Below, one piece after another: positions 10,495 to 20,633 of a DNA stretch of 64,000 nucleotides. Position 1 is the first letter of the stretch, and each line of letters begins with the position of its first letter. The translations under genes were made by a program, and so were the position numbers. The DNA lies in the NCBI GenBank assembly GCA_965223485.1, contig OZ244993.1:74958-138957 (forward strand). Reading direction: 5' to 3'. The notes below the pieces were generated by a model that did not search any database, was not told where the DNA came from, and saw only the letters and a program-made list of their open reading frames with translations. This stretch comes from Rhodothermales bacterium. GTDB taxonomy: Bacteria > Bacteroidota > Rhodothermia > Rhodothermales > VXPQ01.

Positions 10495-11642
10495 ATCTCC
10501 AGGGAAGCATTACGGCGTGATTGCTCCCCCACCTGCTCGATCCAACCGCCGCCCACTACATCGTCGCCCTCGTACAACACCACGGACTGCCCGCGCGTGA
10601 CGGCCTGGCGCGGCGTTGCAAAAGCTACATGAAGTTCGTCCGGCCCTTCCTGCCGGACCACACCGGGCGCCCCCGGATCGTTGTAACGGATTTTCACATC
10701 CACCGGCAATTCGTCGTCAAGATATTCGTACTTCACGAGATTGATCTGCCGGGCCGTGAGCGCACCGCGGAATAACTCGTCGCGCGGACCCAGGACAATC
10801 GTGTTCGTTTCGGCGTCGATATCAATCACATAGGCCGGATAACCGAGCGCCACGCCAAGGCCCCGGCGCTGTCCGATCGTGTAGAACGGATACCCCTCGT
10901 GCCTCCCGACCATGGTCCCGTCGGAGGTTACGAACAATCCTCCCGACACTTCCTCCGCCAATCCATCCACGCGGTCTTTCAGGAACCGCCGGTAATCATT
11001 GTCCGGGATGAAGCATATCTCGTAGGAATCGGGCTTGTCCGCCACGCGGTCCAGTCCGTACGCAGCAGCCATCTCCCGGATGGCCGGCTTCTCGAATGCG
11101 CCCAGCGGGAGCAAGGTGCGGGCCAGATGCTCCTGGGACACTCCCCACAAAGCATAGCTCTGATCCTTGCGGGCGTCGAGCCCCTTCATCAGCACGATGC
11201 GACCCGTGGCTTCTTCGCGCCGGAGCCGCGCATAATGCCCGGTAGCTATGCAGTTGCAGCCCAGTTGCTCGGCCCGGCGCATCAGCGCCGCCCACTTTAT
11301 ATGCGTATTGCACAATACACACGGATTGGGCGTGCGGCCGGCAAGATATTCGCCGGTGAACCGCTCGATAACCCAATCGCCGAATTCCTCGCGGATGTCT
11401 ACGATAAAATGCGTAAAGCCATACTTCACGGCGACGGCGCGCGCATCGTTCATGGATTCGAGCGTGCAACAACCAACCTCCTTGTCCCCGCGCTTTCCGG
11501 TGGGCCCGCCGCTGCGAGCGTAATCCCACGTCTTCATCGTGACGCCGACCACCTCGTATCCCTGCTCATGCAGCATGACCGCCGCAACCGACGAATCCAC
11601 GCCGCCGCTCATGGCCACCAGTACCCGTCCCTTCCTGTTCAT
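10485..11642 (-). CDS. mnmA: tRNA-specific 2-thiouridylase MnmA
   Basis: VAMSGGVDSSVAA, TPNPCVLCN, IATGHYA, KDQSYAL, DSYEICF, YTIGQRRGLG, VTRGQSVVLY. Confidence 0.97.
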   Translation of the reverse strand: MNRKGRVLVAMSGGVDSSVAAVMLHEQGYEVVGVTMKTWDYARSGGPTGKRGDKEVGCCTLESMNDARAVAVKYGFTHFIVDIREEFGDWVIERFTGEYLAGRTPNPCVLCNTHIKWAALMRRAEQLGCNCIATGHYARLRREEATGRIVLMKGLDARKDQSYALWGVSQEHLARTLLPLGAFEKPAIREMAAAYGLDRVADKPDSYEICFIPDNDYRRFLKDRVDGLAEEVSGGLFVTSDGTMVGRHEGYPFYTIGQRRGLGVALGYPAYVIDIDAETNTIVLGPRDELFRGALTARQINLVKYEYLDDELPVDVKIRYNDPGAPGVVRQEGPDELHVAFATPRQAVTRGQSVVLYEGDDVVGGGWIEQVGEQSRRNASLEIQK

Positions 11643-11655
11643 GGCTTCTCTTATG

Positions 11656-12471
11656 CTACAATACGTGCTTGGACCATCCGCCGTCCACAGGAAACCCGAC
11701 ACCGGTTACGTACGCGGCCCGCTTGCTTACGAGAAAAACCGCGGCCGCCGCAAATTCCTCCGGCTCTGCAATGCGCCGCAGTGCACTGTCTTCGGCCCAT
11801 CCGGCCTCGATATCTTCGACAGAGGCCCCTGATGTCGAGGCAAGGTGTGTCGCCAGCTCCGTCAAACGCTCCGTGCGCGTATACCCCGGCAAAATGGTAT
11901 TGACCGTAATACCCGCTGGGCCCAATTCCTCCGAAAGGCTCTTCGCAAAGCCTTGTACGCCGGCGCGAGTCGCATTGGAAAGGTACAGACCGGGAATCGG
12001 CCGTTTGGCCGAAATCGACGTGATCATCAGAATGCGGGCAAGCGGATCATCGGCCGCCGCTGCCGCCCGCAAATGCGGTAACGCCGCCCGGCACAACTGG
12101 ATGGTGCTTATCAGGTTCAATTCAATCGCTGCACGCCACGTTTCGAGGGACAAATCGTCGATATAGCCGGGAGGAGGTCCGCCGGCGTTTGTCACAAGGA
12201 TATGCAACCCGCCGAAATGCCCGCCAGTCCGGTCGACCGCATCGTGCACGGCGCGCTCGTCCGTCACATCGCATACAAGCGGAAGAATGCTTTCCCGATC
12301 GGCGCCGGCCTCCCGCACCAGGCGGTCGGCAGCCGCTGCAATGCGCTCCTCGTCCCGGGAACAGATCGCTACGCGACATCCTTCCCGAACAAGGGCGAAT
12401 GCCACAGCATACCCCAACCCGCTGCTGGCCCCGGCTACAAACGCTGTCCGTCCTTCGATGCCCAGATCCAT
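11656..12471 (-). CDS. SDR family oxidoreductase
   Basis: MDLGIEGR start, GASSGLG NAD-binding motif, LVTNAGGPPPG, SNATRAG, VTGVGFPVDGG. Confidence 0.9.
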   Translation of the reverse strand: MDLGIEGRTAFVAGASSGLGYAVAFALVREGCRVAICSRDEERIAAAADRLVREAGADRESILPLVCDVTDERAVHDAVDRTGGHFGGLHILVTNAGGPPPGYIDDLSLETWRAAIELNLISTIQLCRAALPHLRAAAAADDPLARILMITSISAKRPIPGLYLSNATRAGVQGFAKSLSEELGPAGITVNTILPGYTRTERLTELATHLASTSGASVEDIEAGWAEDSALRRIAEPEEFAAAAVFLVSKRAAYVTGVGFPVDGGWSKHVL

Positions 12472-12556
12472 TGTCTTTAACAAATATTCGCTTGTAAAAA
12501 CCCGATATAATTGCGAAAGTTAGGTATATGCTCCCTCTTTTAACAGTAGCGGCTTC

Positions 12557-12961
12557 ATGAACGACCACGACTCAGCCCAAACAACACCCCGTCGCCCTGT
12601 CGTAACCCCTTTGGCTCCGCCAGCGATAGGCCCCTACAACCAAGGCATCCTGGCCGGCAATACGTTCTATTGCTCCGGACAACTGGGAATCGATCCGAAA
12701 ACGGGAAGCATGGTGACCGGCGGCGCAGAAGCCGAAACGGAACGCGTGCTGGAAAACCTCGGCGCAGTGCTCAAAGCCGCACAAATGGATTACAGGAATG
12801 TCGTTCAGTGTACCGTGTACCTGGCGGACATTAACGATTATGGGGCCGTGAACGACATATACGCCCGGTATTTTCCGGAACTCCCGCCTGCCCGGCAATC
12901 CGTGGAAGTTTTGCTTCCCCGGGGTGCGCGGGTGGAAATCTCCTGTATTGCCGTCCGGTAG
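12557..12961 (+). CDS. RidA/YjgF family reactive imine deaminase
   Basis: APPAIGPYNQG, YCSGQLGIDP, VNDIYARYF, PPARQSVEV, ARVEISCIA. Confidence 0.9.
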   Translation: MNDHDSAQTTPRRPVVTPLAPPAIGPYNQGILAGNTFYCSGQLGIDPKTGSMVTGGAEAETERVLENLGAVLKAAQMDYRNVVQCTVYLADINDYGAVNDIYARYFPELPPARQSVEVLLPRGARVEISCIAVR

Positions 12962-13004
12962 CAACCGGCTTCTGCCGGCTCCGGCCTACCTGCCCGCTTG
13001 TGTC

Positions 13005-13553
13005 CTACCCGTCGAACCGGAGTACGGACCCAATCATCGAATTATCTTCAAGGCGGTCCCGACCCGACAGGTAATTCAGTTCGGCAAGGAACGAAAATCC
13101 GACAAGCTCCCCACCGGCTTCCCGGATCAGTTTCGCCGCCGCCGCCGCCGTGCCCCCCGTGGCGATCACGTCGTCATGGATAAGAACGCGGTCTCCCTCC
13201 ACGACGGCGTCCATATGCATCTCCATACAATCCGTGCCGTATTCGAGATCGTATTCCATCCGGTACGTCCGCCAGGGTAGCTTGCCCTGTTTCCGAATGG
13301 GCACAAACCCGACATCGAGTTCCTGGGCCAAAGATAATCCGAACAGGAAGCCACGCGCTTCGATCCCCGCCACCCTCGTAACGCCGGCGTCCCGAAAAGG
13401 TGCTGCGAGCGCCTCGACAGCCTGCCGAAACAAGACGGGATCCAGCAAGATCGGCGTCACATCCTTGAATGCAATACCGGGTTGGGGAAAATCCGGCACG
13501 GTGCGAACCGCATCATGTAAGGACTGTACGGATACTTCGGAAAACAAATGCAT
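13005..13553 (-). CDS. apt: Adenine phosphoribosyltransferase
   Basis: RTVPDFPQPGIAFKDVTP, GIEARGF, RKQGKLP, YDLEYG, PRPP motif LIHDDVIATGGT. Confidence 0.95.
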   Translation of the reverse strand: MHLFSEVSVQSLHDAVRTVPDFPQPGIAFKDVTPILLDPVLFRQAVEALAAPFRDAGVTRVAGIEARGFLFGLSLAQELDVGFVPIRKQGKLPWRTYRMEYDLEYGTDCMEMHMDAVVEGDRVLIHDDVIATGGTAAAAAKLIREAGGELVGFSFLAELNYLSGRDRLEDNSMIGSVLRFDG

Positions 13554-13622
13554 TCGAGACAGGACTGAAAAACGGAAAACGAACTGCGCGGCCGAAGGGA
13601 AACGCATTCCGGCCGGAGCGCA

Positions 13623-15017
13623 TTACGGAACGCTGGCCCGCGGACCGAGGCCCTTGTCGTACTGCTCCTTGTACGCGCGAACCGCCCTGAAGATAGCACT
13701 TGCCAGATAATCCTGCCCGCGCTCGCTTACCAGAAACGCCGCCTCGGACCGGTTGCTGAGAAATCCCAGTTCGACCAGCACGGCGGGCATGGAAGCGCCC
13801 CAGAGCACATAGAAACCGGCCTGTTTGACCCCCCGGTTCTTGCGTTGCACCCGTTTCTCGAACTGATCCTGGATAAGCACTGCGAGTTCCTGGCTCTGCT
13901 GCATGTACGCGCTTTGCGTAAGCGCCATGCGAATGAGTGCTTCCTCGTTCATATCCTCGTATTCCCGCTGGGAACTCTCCATCTTCACCGCCTCGTTCTC
14001 CCGCTCCATCGTGCTGCGGGCGGCATCGGTCTTGTGCAGGCCGATGAAATAGGTCTCGGCGCCGCTCGCCGCCGCATTATCCGCCGAATTCACATGGATC
14101 GAAATGAAAAGCTTACCCCCACGTTCGTTGGCGATCCGTCCCCGGTCCTTGAGTTCGATAAACCGGTCGTCCTGGCGGGTGTACTCGACACGCACGCCGA
14201 GGCGCTCTGCAAGGTAGGCCCCGAGCTTCAGCGAGACGGCAAGGGTAATATCTTTTTCGAATATGCCAGGCCTTTTCGTTCCCGGATCCTTGCCCCCATG
14301 CCCGGCATCGATCACCACGGTGTCCAGAAGCCACTGCCCACCCGTCGGCACTGCCTCCTCTCTTCTGGATGCTAATAACGCCTCCCGCGTCCGACCGGTC
14401 GTTCCCCCCCCGATAGCGGGCAATTGATCGGTGGAAGCCGTGGCCAGCAGCGATACCGCCCGAACAGGAATCTGTCGGAGGTCCCTACCCTCCTCCCGGC
14501 GCGAAACAGCCTGCCCGGACACATAAGCAAGCCCCACAAGGATGTCGTCGGAGCCGCCGTCGCGGTATGCCGAAGCCTGCAAGGGTTGCCCGGCATCAAG
14601 CATAAACCGGAAGAACAGATGGCCTTCGTCCTCTTCTCCCGAATAGCGGATGACAGGCCCTGCGGCATCGCCCCTCACATGATCGGAAGCAAGCCTCGTA
14701 TTGAAAAGGATCACTTCCATCTGTCCGTCGGCAAGCATGCGCGGCTCGCTATAAGCAGCCACCGGGCCGTCCGTATGAAAACGAATAACATAGCCCTTGC
14801 CGTCGGATCGCTCGGTCAAGGAAACGCGCTCCACCTGCGGGGTGGCGCGAAGCGCAACGGCGTTTAAGGAGGCCAGCGGAGGAACAGTGGCCTCACTCTC
14901 ATGAGAAGACGCCCCCGCCGCAGAAGCGGCAAGGGCGACTATGGCGCAGAACCGGACAATTCCCCCTACGGGAAATTCGCCGCGCAAAAAGAAGCCCGGA
15001 CGCAAACGATGCATCAT
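13623..15017 (-). CDS. N-acetylmuramoyl-L-alanine amidase (Amidase_3) with N-terminal extension
   Basis: VVIDAGHGGKDPG, EKDITL, TRQDDRFIELKDR, FISIHVNS, MPAVLVELGFLSN; exact start uncertain. Confidence 0.92.
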   Translation of the reverse strand: MMHRLRPGFFLRGEFPVGGIVRFCAIVALAASAAGASSHESEATVPPLASLNAVALRATPQVERVSLTERSDGKGYVIRFHTDGPVAAYSEPRMLADGQMEVILFNTRLASDHVRGDAAGPVIRYSGEEDEGHLFFRFMLDAGQPLQASAYRDGGSDDILVGLAYVSGQAVSRREEGRDLRQIPVRAVSLLATASTDQLPAIGGGTTGRTREALLASRREEAVPTGGQWLLDTVVIDAGHGGKDPGTKRPGIFEKDITLAVSLKLGAYLAERLGVRVEYTRQDDRFIELKDRGRIANERGGKLFISIHVNSADNAAASGAETYFIGLHKTDAARSTMERENEAVKMESSQREYEDMNEEALIRMALTQSAYMQQSQELAVLIQDQFEKRVQRKNRGVKQAGFYVLWGASMPAVLVELGFLSNRSEAAFLVSERGQDYLASAIFRAVRAYKEQYDKGLGPRASVP

Positions 15018-15149
15018 GGTTACGGAAACGGCCAGCAGGATCGCCTCCTCTGCATCTTGCGCCGGCGAAAGGGTGGGTGGTGGATGGGCAGAAAAGCAAA
15101 TCGCAGCGCAAAACCCCACACTATCTGTAAATATACAAAAAAACAATCA

Positions 15150-15180
15150 AAAAGCATAAGGGGAGGCCATGCGCCTCCCC
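15150..15180 (-). terminator. Candidate intrinsic terminator of the ECF sigma operon
   Basis: 8-bp stem GGGGAGGC/GCCTCCCC at 15160-15180 followed on the minus strand by TTATGCTTTT, just after the 15203 stop. Confidence 0.5.
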
Positions 15181-15202
15181 CAGGCCTCGCAAAAAAGCAA
15201 CG

Positions 15203-16126
15203 TTACCAGTCCATGGTATCGTTTCCCAGCAACTCCTGCAGGCGACGTTCCACAATACGGTGCCGAAGCCGTTGGCGCTCGCCAATGGCCCACTGCAACT
15301 CTCGCAGCCGCTCCTTGAGTTCTTCCACTTCACGGCGACGATTCTCCTGTTTGAGATCGAAGATCTCGTCCAACCGCTCCCGCAACACGGCTATGCTGTC
15401 CTGGTGCGCTTTCCCCTCGTCCATTGCGGCAAACTTTCGGGCCATACTCAGCGTCTCGCGCTCCATGAGCCGCTCGCTCATCAACTGATCGAAAAGCCCC
15501 TCATTCTTGAGCTGCATGTTCGAGAGATAGTGCTGCATCTGGATATGCGGGAACTCGCTCGCCGTACGGGCCGCTTCCGCCGCATAGAGGGTCATCTCTT
15601 GCGCCATTTGTTGAAATAATTCATTCGTCTGCGATTCCGCCGGCAAACGATGCAGCAAATCCCGCATGCGTTTTTCCTGTTCGCGCAGGTTCTCGGCATA
15701 ACGTTCCAGAATGGTCTCGGGCGACGCGGTAACGACAAACAAAATTGTGGCGTTTCTTTCCATGCCCGTACAACCCCCATCCCGCAGAATGCAATCGAAA
15801 TCGCCCGTGGGAGTTTTCAACCACAGACTGTCCCCTTCCAGGGCGTACCGCCGCCCGTCTTGCAGTTGAACGATCAGGTTCTCGTCGGAAGAAAACGTAG
15901 TATAATTCACGGAGGCGCCTTTCGGAGGGAAGTCTTCCGGCAGTTTTTTGGGTGGAATTTCCCGGTCATCGATAAACACAGTCCCTCCCTCGATGCGAAA
16001 CGAACGAATCACCGGCTCGGCGACGCCATCGGAAACAACATACTGCGCCTCCACCGTTCCGGCAGCGAGGATCAGCATCGGCAGGGCAAGCAGCCAGCCT
16101 TTGGAGTACAGGGAAAGAGAGGTCAT
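15203..16126 (-). CDS. Secreted hypothetical protein with C-terminal coiled coil, in the ECF sigma operon
   Basis: Signal peptide; helical C-terminus FDLKQENRRREVEELKERLRELQ...IVERRLQELLG. Confidence 0.7.
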   Translation of the reverse strand: MTSLSLYSKGWLLALPMLILAAGTVEAQYVVSDGVAEPVIRSFRIEGGTVFIDDREIPPKKLPEDFPPKGASVNYTTFSSDENLIVQLQDGRRYALEGDSLWLKTPTGDFDCILRDGGCTGMERNATILFVVTASPETILERYAENLREQEKRMRDLLHRLPAESQTNELFQQMAQEMTLYAAEAARTASEFPHIQMQHYLSNMQLKNEGLFDQLMSERLMERETLSMARKFAAMDEGKAHQDSIAVLRERLDEIFDLKQENRRREVEELKERLRELQWAIGERQRLRHRIVERRLQELLGNDTMDW

Positions 16127-16203
16127 GGCTCTATGGTATTTGTTGGGTAGGTTGCGTTACCTCCAGTTTCCAGTAATCGATAGCGTACTTCCGATGCGCA
16201 CCG

Positions 16204-17064
16204 TCAGCGGCGATCCGAGGCGGGCGTAAACCCGGCGCCCCCTGATCCGGCAGGGAGCATTTCGAGAGGCGCCGCAGGCGTTTCCCAGCCTCCGGCCACC
16301 CCGTCGCCGATACTCTGGATGCGCTGTTGCAGGTAAATGACATCGCCCCGGTCTTCCCAGGCCGGTATTTCCAGAACGAATCCCGGCTGTGCAATCGTGC
16401 CGTCCCCAGCCTGTTCGGACGCAACAGCCGCCGGTTGCGGCGGCCCGGCAACGGCAGCAGACGACGCATCCGCCAAGGCCGCGTCAGGACGAGCTTCCGG
16501 CGCTGTTTCCGACTGCAAGGCGCCGGAAGCAGCGGAAAAATCAGGAGAAGAAGCAGCGGCCAGCCCCGTGCTTCCGCCTTGGAGATCGGTCACGCGATCC
16601 TCAGCCTCTCCAGCCGGGGAAAGCGTTTCAGGGGGAGCTTCGGACTGTGCCGTCTCCGTAGACGCAGACGTACCGGTAAAGAGCGCCGCGGACCCGGAAA
16701 CGGAATCGGTCGGAGCAGGAGCAAACACATCCGTCCGAAACAATCCGACGACCACGACCGCCGCCACCAGCGCAGCGACTGCCCCACCCGCAATACGCCT
16801 CGGCACGCGCCACGCCACTCGTTTACGCGCCAGGCCAGGCCGGTCTTGCCGGGCGCCGGAGAGCGTCGTATGCTGCGCTGCTGCTTGCAGCACAGCCTCT
16901 ACGGCCTCAGGGTCGGGCCGCGTAGACCGGATTGCGGATCGCGCATCCAGCCAATCCTTCATTTCGCGCAGGGAAGCGGCTTCTTCGGCACTCCCCGGAG
17001 GGGAATCCGAGGGCGTCCCCGAGCCCTCGTACAGTTCGAGAAGCCAGGCGTCTTTCTTGTCCAT
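16204..17064 (-). CDS. Putative single-pass anti-sigma factor-like membrane protein
   Basis: Directly downstream of the ECF sigma gene; MDKKDAWLLELYEG start; one hydrophobic helix (GGAVAALVAAVVVVGLF); Ala/Ser/Pro-rich tail. Confidence 0.6.
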   Translation of the reverse strand: MDKKDAWLLELYEGSGTPSDSPPGSAEEAASLREMKDWLDARSAIRSTRPDPEAVEAVLQAAAQHTTLSGARQDRPGLARKRVAWRVPRRIAGGAVAALVAAVVVVGLFRTDVFAPAPTDSVSGSAALFTGTSASTETAQSEAPPETLSPAGEAEDRVTDLQGGSTGLAAASSPDFSAASGALQSETAPEARPDAALADASSAAVAGPPQPAAVASEQAGDGTIAQPGFVLEIPAWEDRGDVIYLQQRIQSIGDGVAGGWETPAAPLEMLPAGSGGAGFTPASDRR

Positions 17065-17078
17065 ACCGGTTCGTTGTA

Positions 17079-17684
17079 TCAAGTGGTTCGTATTCCTTCG
17101 GCCTCCTCGCCGAGTTCTATCCGCATCATCTTTTGCAGGTTGAGAAGCGCATAACGCATCCGCCCCAGCGCCGTATTGATAGACACATTCGTAAGCTCCG
17201 CAATCTCCCGGAATGTCATACCGGTTTCGTGACGCAGCAGCAGTACCTCGCGCTGTTCGCCCGGCAACCGTTCGATGCATTGTTCCATGATGTCAATGCG
17301 GCGGCGCAGGTCCACCTGTTCGTCGGCAGGCGCCGGTTCACCCGGCAACCGGTCCCAAAAAGAGCCGTCCTGTGCGTCGTTCGTTTCCACATCGGTCCAT
17401 TTTTTCCGCTCGCGCATATGATCGAACACCGCATTGCGGGCAATGCGCATCACCCAGGCCAGCCATTTCCCCTGCGGTGCATACGATCCGCGTTCCTTCT
17501 TCATAGCGCGGATAGCGCGAAAGAATGTTTCCTGAAACAGATCGTTCGCCAGATCCCGATCACGCACCATACCCATCACATACCCGAATATGCGCTCCTG
17601 ATGTCGTTCCACCAACTGGCGGAACGCCTCCTGATCGTCGTCTTCAATGTATGCGACCGCAAGGGCCTCATCCGTACGATGCAT
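17079..17684 (-). CDS. ECF-subfamily RNA polymerase sigma factor
   Basis: AFRQLVERHQ, DLFQETF, WVMRIARNAVFDHMR, LPGEQREVLLLRH, TFREIAEL, NTALGRMRYAL. Confidence 0.93.
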   Translation of the reverse strand: MHRTDEALAVAYIEDDDQEAFRQLVERHQERIFGYVMGMVRDRDLANDLFQETFFRAIRAMKKERGSYAPQGKWLAWVMRIARNAVFDHMRERKKWTDVETNDAQDGSFWDRLPGEPAPADEQVDLRRRIDIMEQCIERLPGEQREVLLLRHETGMTFREIAELTNVSINTALGRMRYALLNLQKMMRIELGEEAEGIRTT

Positions 17685-18027
17685 TCGGAATGACGGAACG
17701 GACGGGATGCAGAAAAATTATTCTGTTCCTGCCGCGCAATCCTTATTACAGAGAACCAATTCCTCTGCAAGAACGGGGCAAGGGCGAAATTATTGTTTCG
17801 TGGACGAATGGTTTTATTGGAACGATTCGCCACCGGGAAAGATCGATCCGAGCGGGTGTAAGGAACCATTCGGGTGTCCTATCATAATGAATTGGTTGCC
17901 GAAGCCAGCCGCAAAGGCGCCTTCCTGTTCGAAAACGCAACGCAACGCAACACGCCGTGCGCAGCGGCATCACTGCCCTCTTGTACCGCTACTGTCTTAC
18001 TTCTTCGTTTGATTCCCGCCGCGCGCG

Positions 18028-18789
18028 ATGACGTACTCACTTACCTGGTTCCTGCGTCCTTTCACCATCCTGGGGAAGTACTCGCTGCTGATCTTCGATG
18101 CGTTCGTATCGCCGGACGATTTCCGCACGTATCGCAAGAACACCTTCAGCCAGATGATGCGCATCGGCGTGGAATCGCTCCCGATTGTTGCGCTGGCCGC
18201 CGCTTTTTCCGGCGCCGTTACCACGGTACAGGTATCCTACCAGCTCGTTTCGGTCTTTCTGCCCGCCACCGTCATCGGATCGGTCGTGGCGCCCTCCATG
18301 ATTCTGGAACTCGGGCCTGTAGTGACGGGATTCATTCTGGCGGGGCGTGTCGGCGCGCGCATTGCTGCCGAGCTGGGGACCATGCGCGTCACGGAACAGA
18401 TCGACGCCCTCGAAGCCATGGGTCTCAACTCAACGAGCTATTTGATCGCGCCCCGGATCCTGGCGGGCATCATTATGTTTCCGATGCTCTACGTGGCGGC
18501 CTGCGCCATCGGGATCGGAGGCGGTATTACCGTAGCCAACCTCGGCGGTTACCTGACCACCCAGGAATTCGTACAAGGCGCCCAGAATTTCTTTCGCCCA
18601 TTCGATCCGTACTTTGGCCTGAGCAAAGCATTCGTTTTCGGGTTTATCATTACTTCGGTATCCTGTTATATGGGGTATTTTACGTCCGGCGGCGCCGAGG
18701 GCGTCGGTAAAAGCACGACGCAAGCGGCCGTGATGAGTTGCGTTTTTATTCTTATCGCGGACCTCGTCCTCGCCGTCACGCTGCTATAA
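18028..18789 (+). CDS. mlaE: MlaE-family ABC transporter permease
   Basis: IGVESLP, ELGPVVTG, GRVGARIAAELGTMRVTEQIDALEAMG, GAEGVGKSTT. Confidence 0.93.
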   Translation: MTYSLTWFLRPFTILGKYSLLIFDAFVSPDDFRTYRKNTFSQMMRIGVESLPIVALAAAFSGAVTTVQVSYQLVSVFLPATVIGSVVAPSMILELGPVVTGFILAGRVGARIAAELGTMRVTEQIDALEAMGLNSTSYLIAPRILAGIIMFPMLYVAACAIGIGGGITVANLGGYLTTQEFVQGAQNFFRPFDPYFGLSKAFVFGFIITSVSCYMGYFTSGGAEGVGKSTTQAAVMSCVFILIADLVLAVTLL

Positions 18790-18804
18790 AGGCCTTCCTG
18801 CGCC

Positions 18805-19578
18805 ATGATCCGGCTCGAACATATCACCAAGCGGTTCAACGATGCGGTCGTGCTTCGCGATGTTTCCCTCGACATTCCCGAGGGCGAAACGCTGGCTGTC
18901 ATCGGGCGGTCGGGTTCCGGTAAAAGCGTGCTCATTAAACATGCGGTCGGCCTGCTCACGCCCGACGAGGGGCGCGTGTTTGTGGACGACGCCAACATCA
19001 ACGAGGTGTCATACAGGCAATTGCGGCGTATCCGACGCAAGTTCGGTGTGCTGTTTCAGGGTGGAGCGCTGTTTGATTCGATGTCCTCCTTCGAGAACGT
19101 TGCGTTTCCGCTGCGTACCTTCACGGGAGAGTCCGATGGGGCCATCCGGAGCCGCGTCGAAGCGTGCCTCGAAATGGTGCAATTATCCAACATCGGTAAA
19201 AAAATGCCGTCCGAACTGTCCGGAGGCATGCAGAAGCGTGTAGCGCTGGCCCGGGCCATTGCGTTAAAACCCAAGTACATCATATACGACGAACCGACGA
19301 GCGGCCTCGACCCTGCAACGTCCAACCATATCGACGAACTCATCCTGTCGCTGAATGAGCAGTTGCGTGTAACCAGCATCGTGATAACACACGACATGCA
19401 TTCGGTGCTTACCATTGCAGACCGGGTCGCCTTTATCCATGAGACCCGGATCGCCTGGACCGGAACCGTACATGAGATCCACCAAAGCGATCACGAATCC
19501 CTGCTCGATTTCGTTCGAGCCAACGAATACGTGATCGGCGAACAGGCTTCCGCACAGAAAGTGTCCCTGCATCCCTAA
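18805..19578 (+). CDS. mlaF: MlaF-family ABC transporter ATP-binding protein
   Basis: GRSGSGKS, LFQGGALFDS, MPSELSGGMQKRVALARA, YDEPTSGLDP, ITHDM. Confidence 0.93.
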   Translation: MIRLEHITKRFNDAVVLRDVSLDIPEGETLAVIGRSGSGKSVLIKHAVGLLTPDEGRVFVDDANINEVSYRQLRRIRRKFGVLFQGGALFDSMSSFENVAFPLRTFTGESDGAIRSRVEACLEMVQLSNIGKKMPSELSGGMQKRVALARAIALKPKYIIYDEPTSGLDPATSNHIDELILSLNEQLRVTSIVITHDMHSVLTIADRVAFIHETRIAWTGTVHEIHQSDHESLLDFVRANEYVIGEQASAQKVSLHP

Positions 19579-19581
19579 CGA

Positions 19582-20523
19582 ATGTCCATCACTGTGAAGC
19601 ACTCCAAAGAACTGATCGTCGGTCTGAGCCTCGCCGCTGCGGTGGTTGTTTTCGTACTGGGCGTCCGTTTCCTGCAAGACGTGCCGCTTTTCCGCAGCAC
19701 GTACGTACTCTACACCCATTTCGAATCGGCCGGGGGGCTTTCAGGAGGCAGCCCCGTGCGCATCAATGGGGTCGACGTAGGTGCGGTGGAGCATGTCCAA
19801 CTGGACACGGACAATCAGGTGCTCGTCCGGTTGCACCTTGACGATAGTATCCATATCCCGGAGGGCTCCCATGCCGAAATCGGCGGCATTTCCGCCCTGG
19901 GCAGCAATTATGTGGTCATTGTCCCCGGCCCTCCGGGTAACCCGCCGATACCCGACGACGGATACATCGAAGGCGTCAGCGAACCGGACGCCTTCGAAGC
20001 GCTGACGGAACGAAGTGTCCGCCTTACCGACAATGTCGAGGAAGCGCTGGCGAACGCAAGCGTCCTTCTCGAAGACACCGGCCTCCTGATCGGGGAGACC
20101 GGCGCCGATATCCGTCCGACGCTCCGGGCTTTGCGTGAAGTCACGGATACCCTGGCCCAGGCGCTGCGCGAGGAACAGGAATCCGTAAGACAGATTATCG
20201 GAAACGTCGAGGCCTTTTCGGAGGACCTTTCCAGATTATCGGGGACCAGCGTGGACACGCTGGCCCAGGCGCTGCACCGTCTCGACCAGGTGACGGTGTA
20301 TCTCGAACGCTCCCTGGAAACGCTGGAAAGCGCTACTGGCAACCTGGACGAGATTCTGAACAAGATCAACAACGGCGACGGTACGATAGCCCGGCTGCTG
20401 AACGATCCGACCTTGTACATACGTATGGGCTCCACCCTCGGGTCGCTCGACGCCCTGCTGCAAGACCTGCAGGAGAATCCTCGCAAGTACTTGCGGCACA
20501 TGGATATTGTGGACGTTTTTTAG
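19582..20523 (+). CDS. mlaD: MlaD/MCE domain protein
   Basis: N-terminal TM; GLSGGSPVRINGVDVGAV MCE motif; GTIARLLNDPTLY; NPRKY tail. Confidence 0.88.
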   Translation: MSITVKHSKELIVGLSLAAAVVVFVLGVRFLQDVPLFRSTYVLYTHFESAGGLSGGSPVRINGVDVGAVEHVQLDTDNQVLVRLHLDDSIHIPEGSHAEIGGISALGSNYVVIVPGPPGNPPIPDDGYIEGVSEPDAFEALTERSVRLTDNVEEALANASVLLEDTGLLIGETGADIRPTLRALREVTDTLAQALREEQESVRQIIGNVEAFSEDLSRLSGTSVDTLAQALHRLDQVTVYLERSLETLESATGNLDEILNKINNGDGTIARLLNDPTLYIRMGSTLGSLDALLQDLQENPRKYLRHMDIVDVF

Positions 20524-20633
20524 CGGAAGGCGTACCAAAGGGGCAAGAACTTTCGCCCTCAATATTCTCACGCACGGGCGCCACCGTTTCTGTTTTTCGG
20601 CGCCATATCGTATAGGGTTTTCTTGTTTATCCG

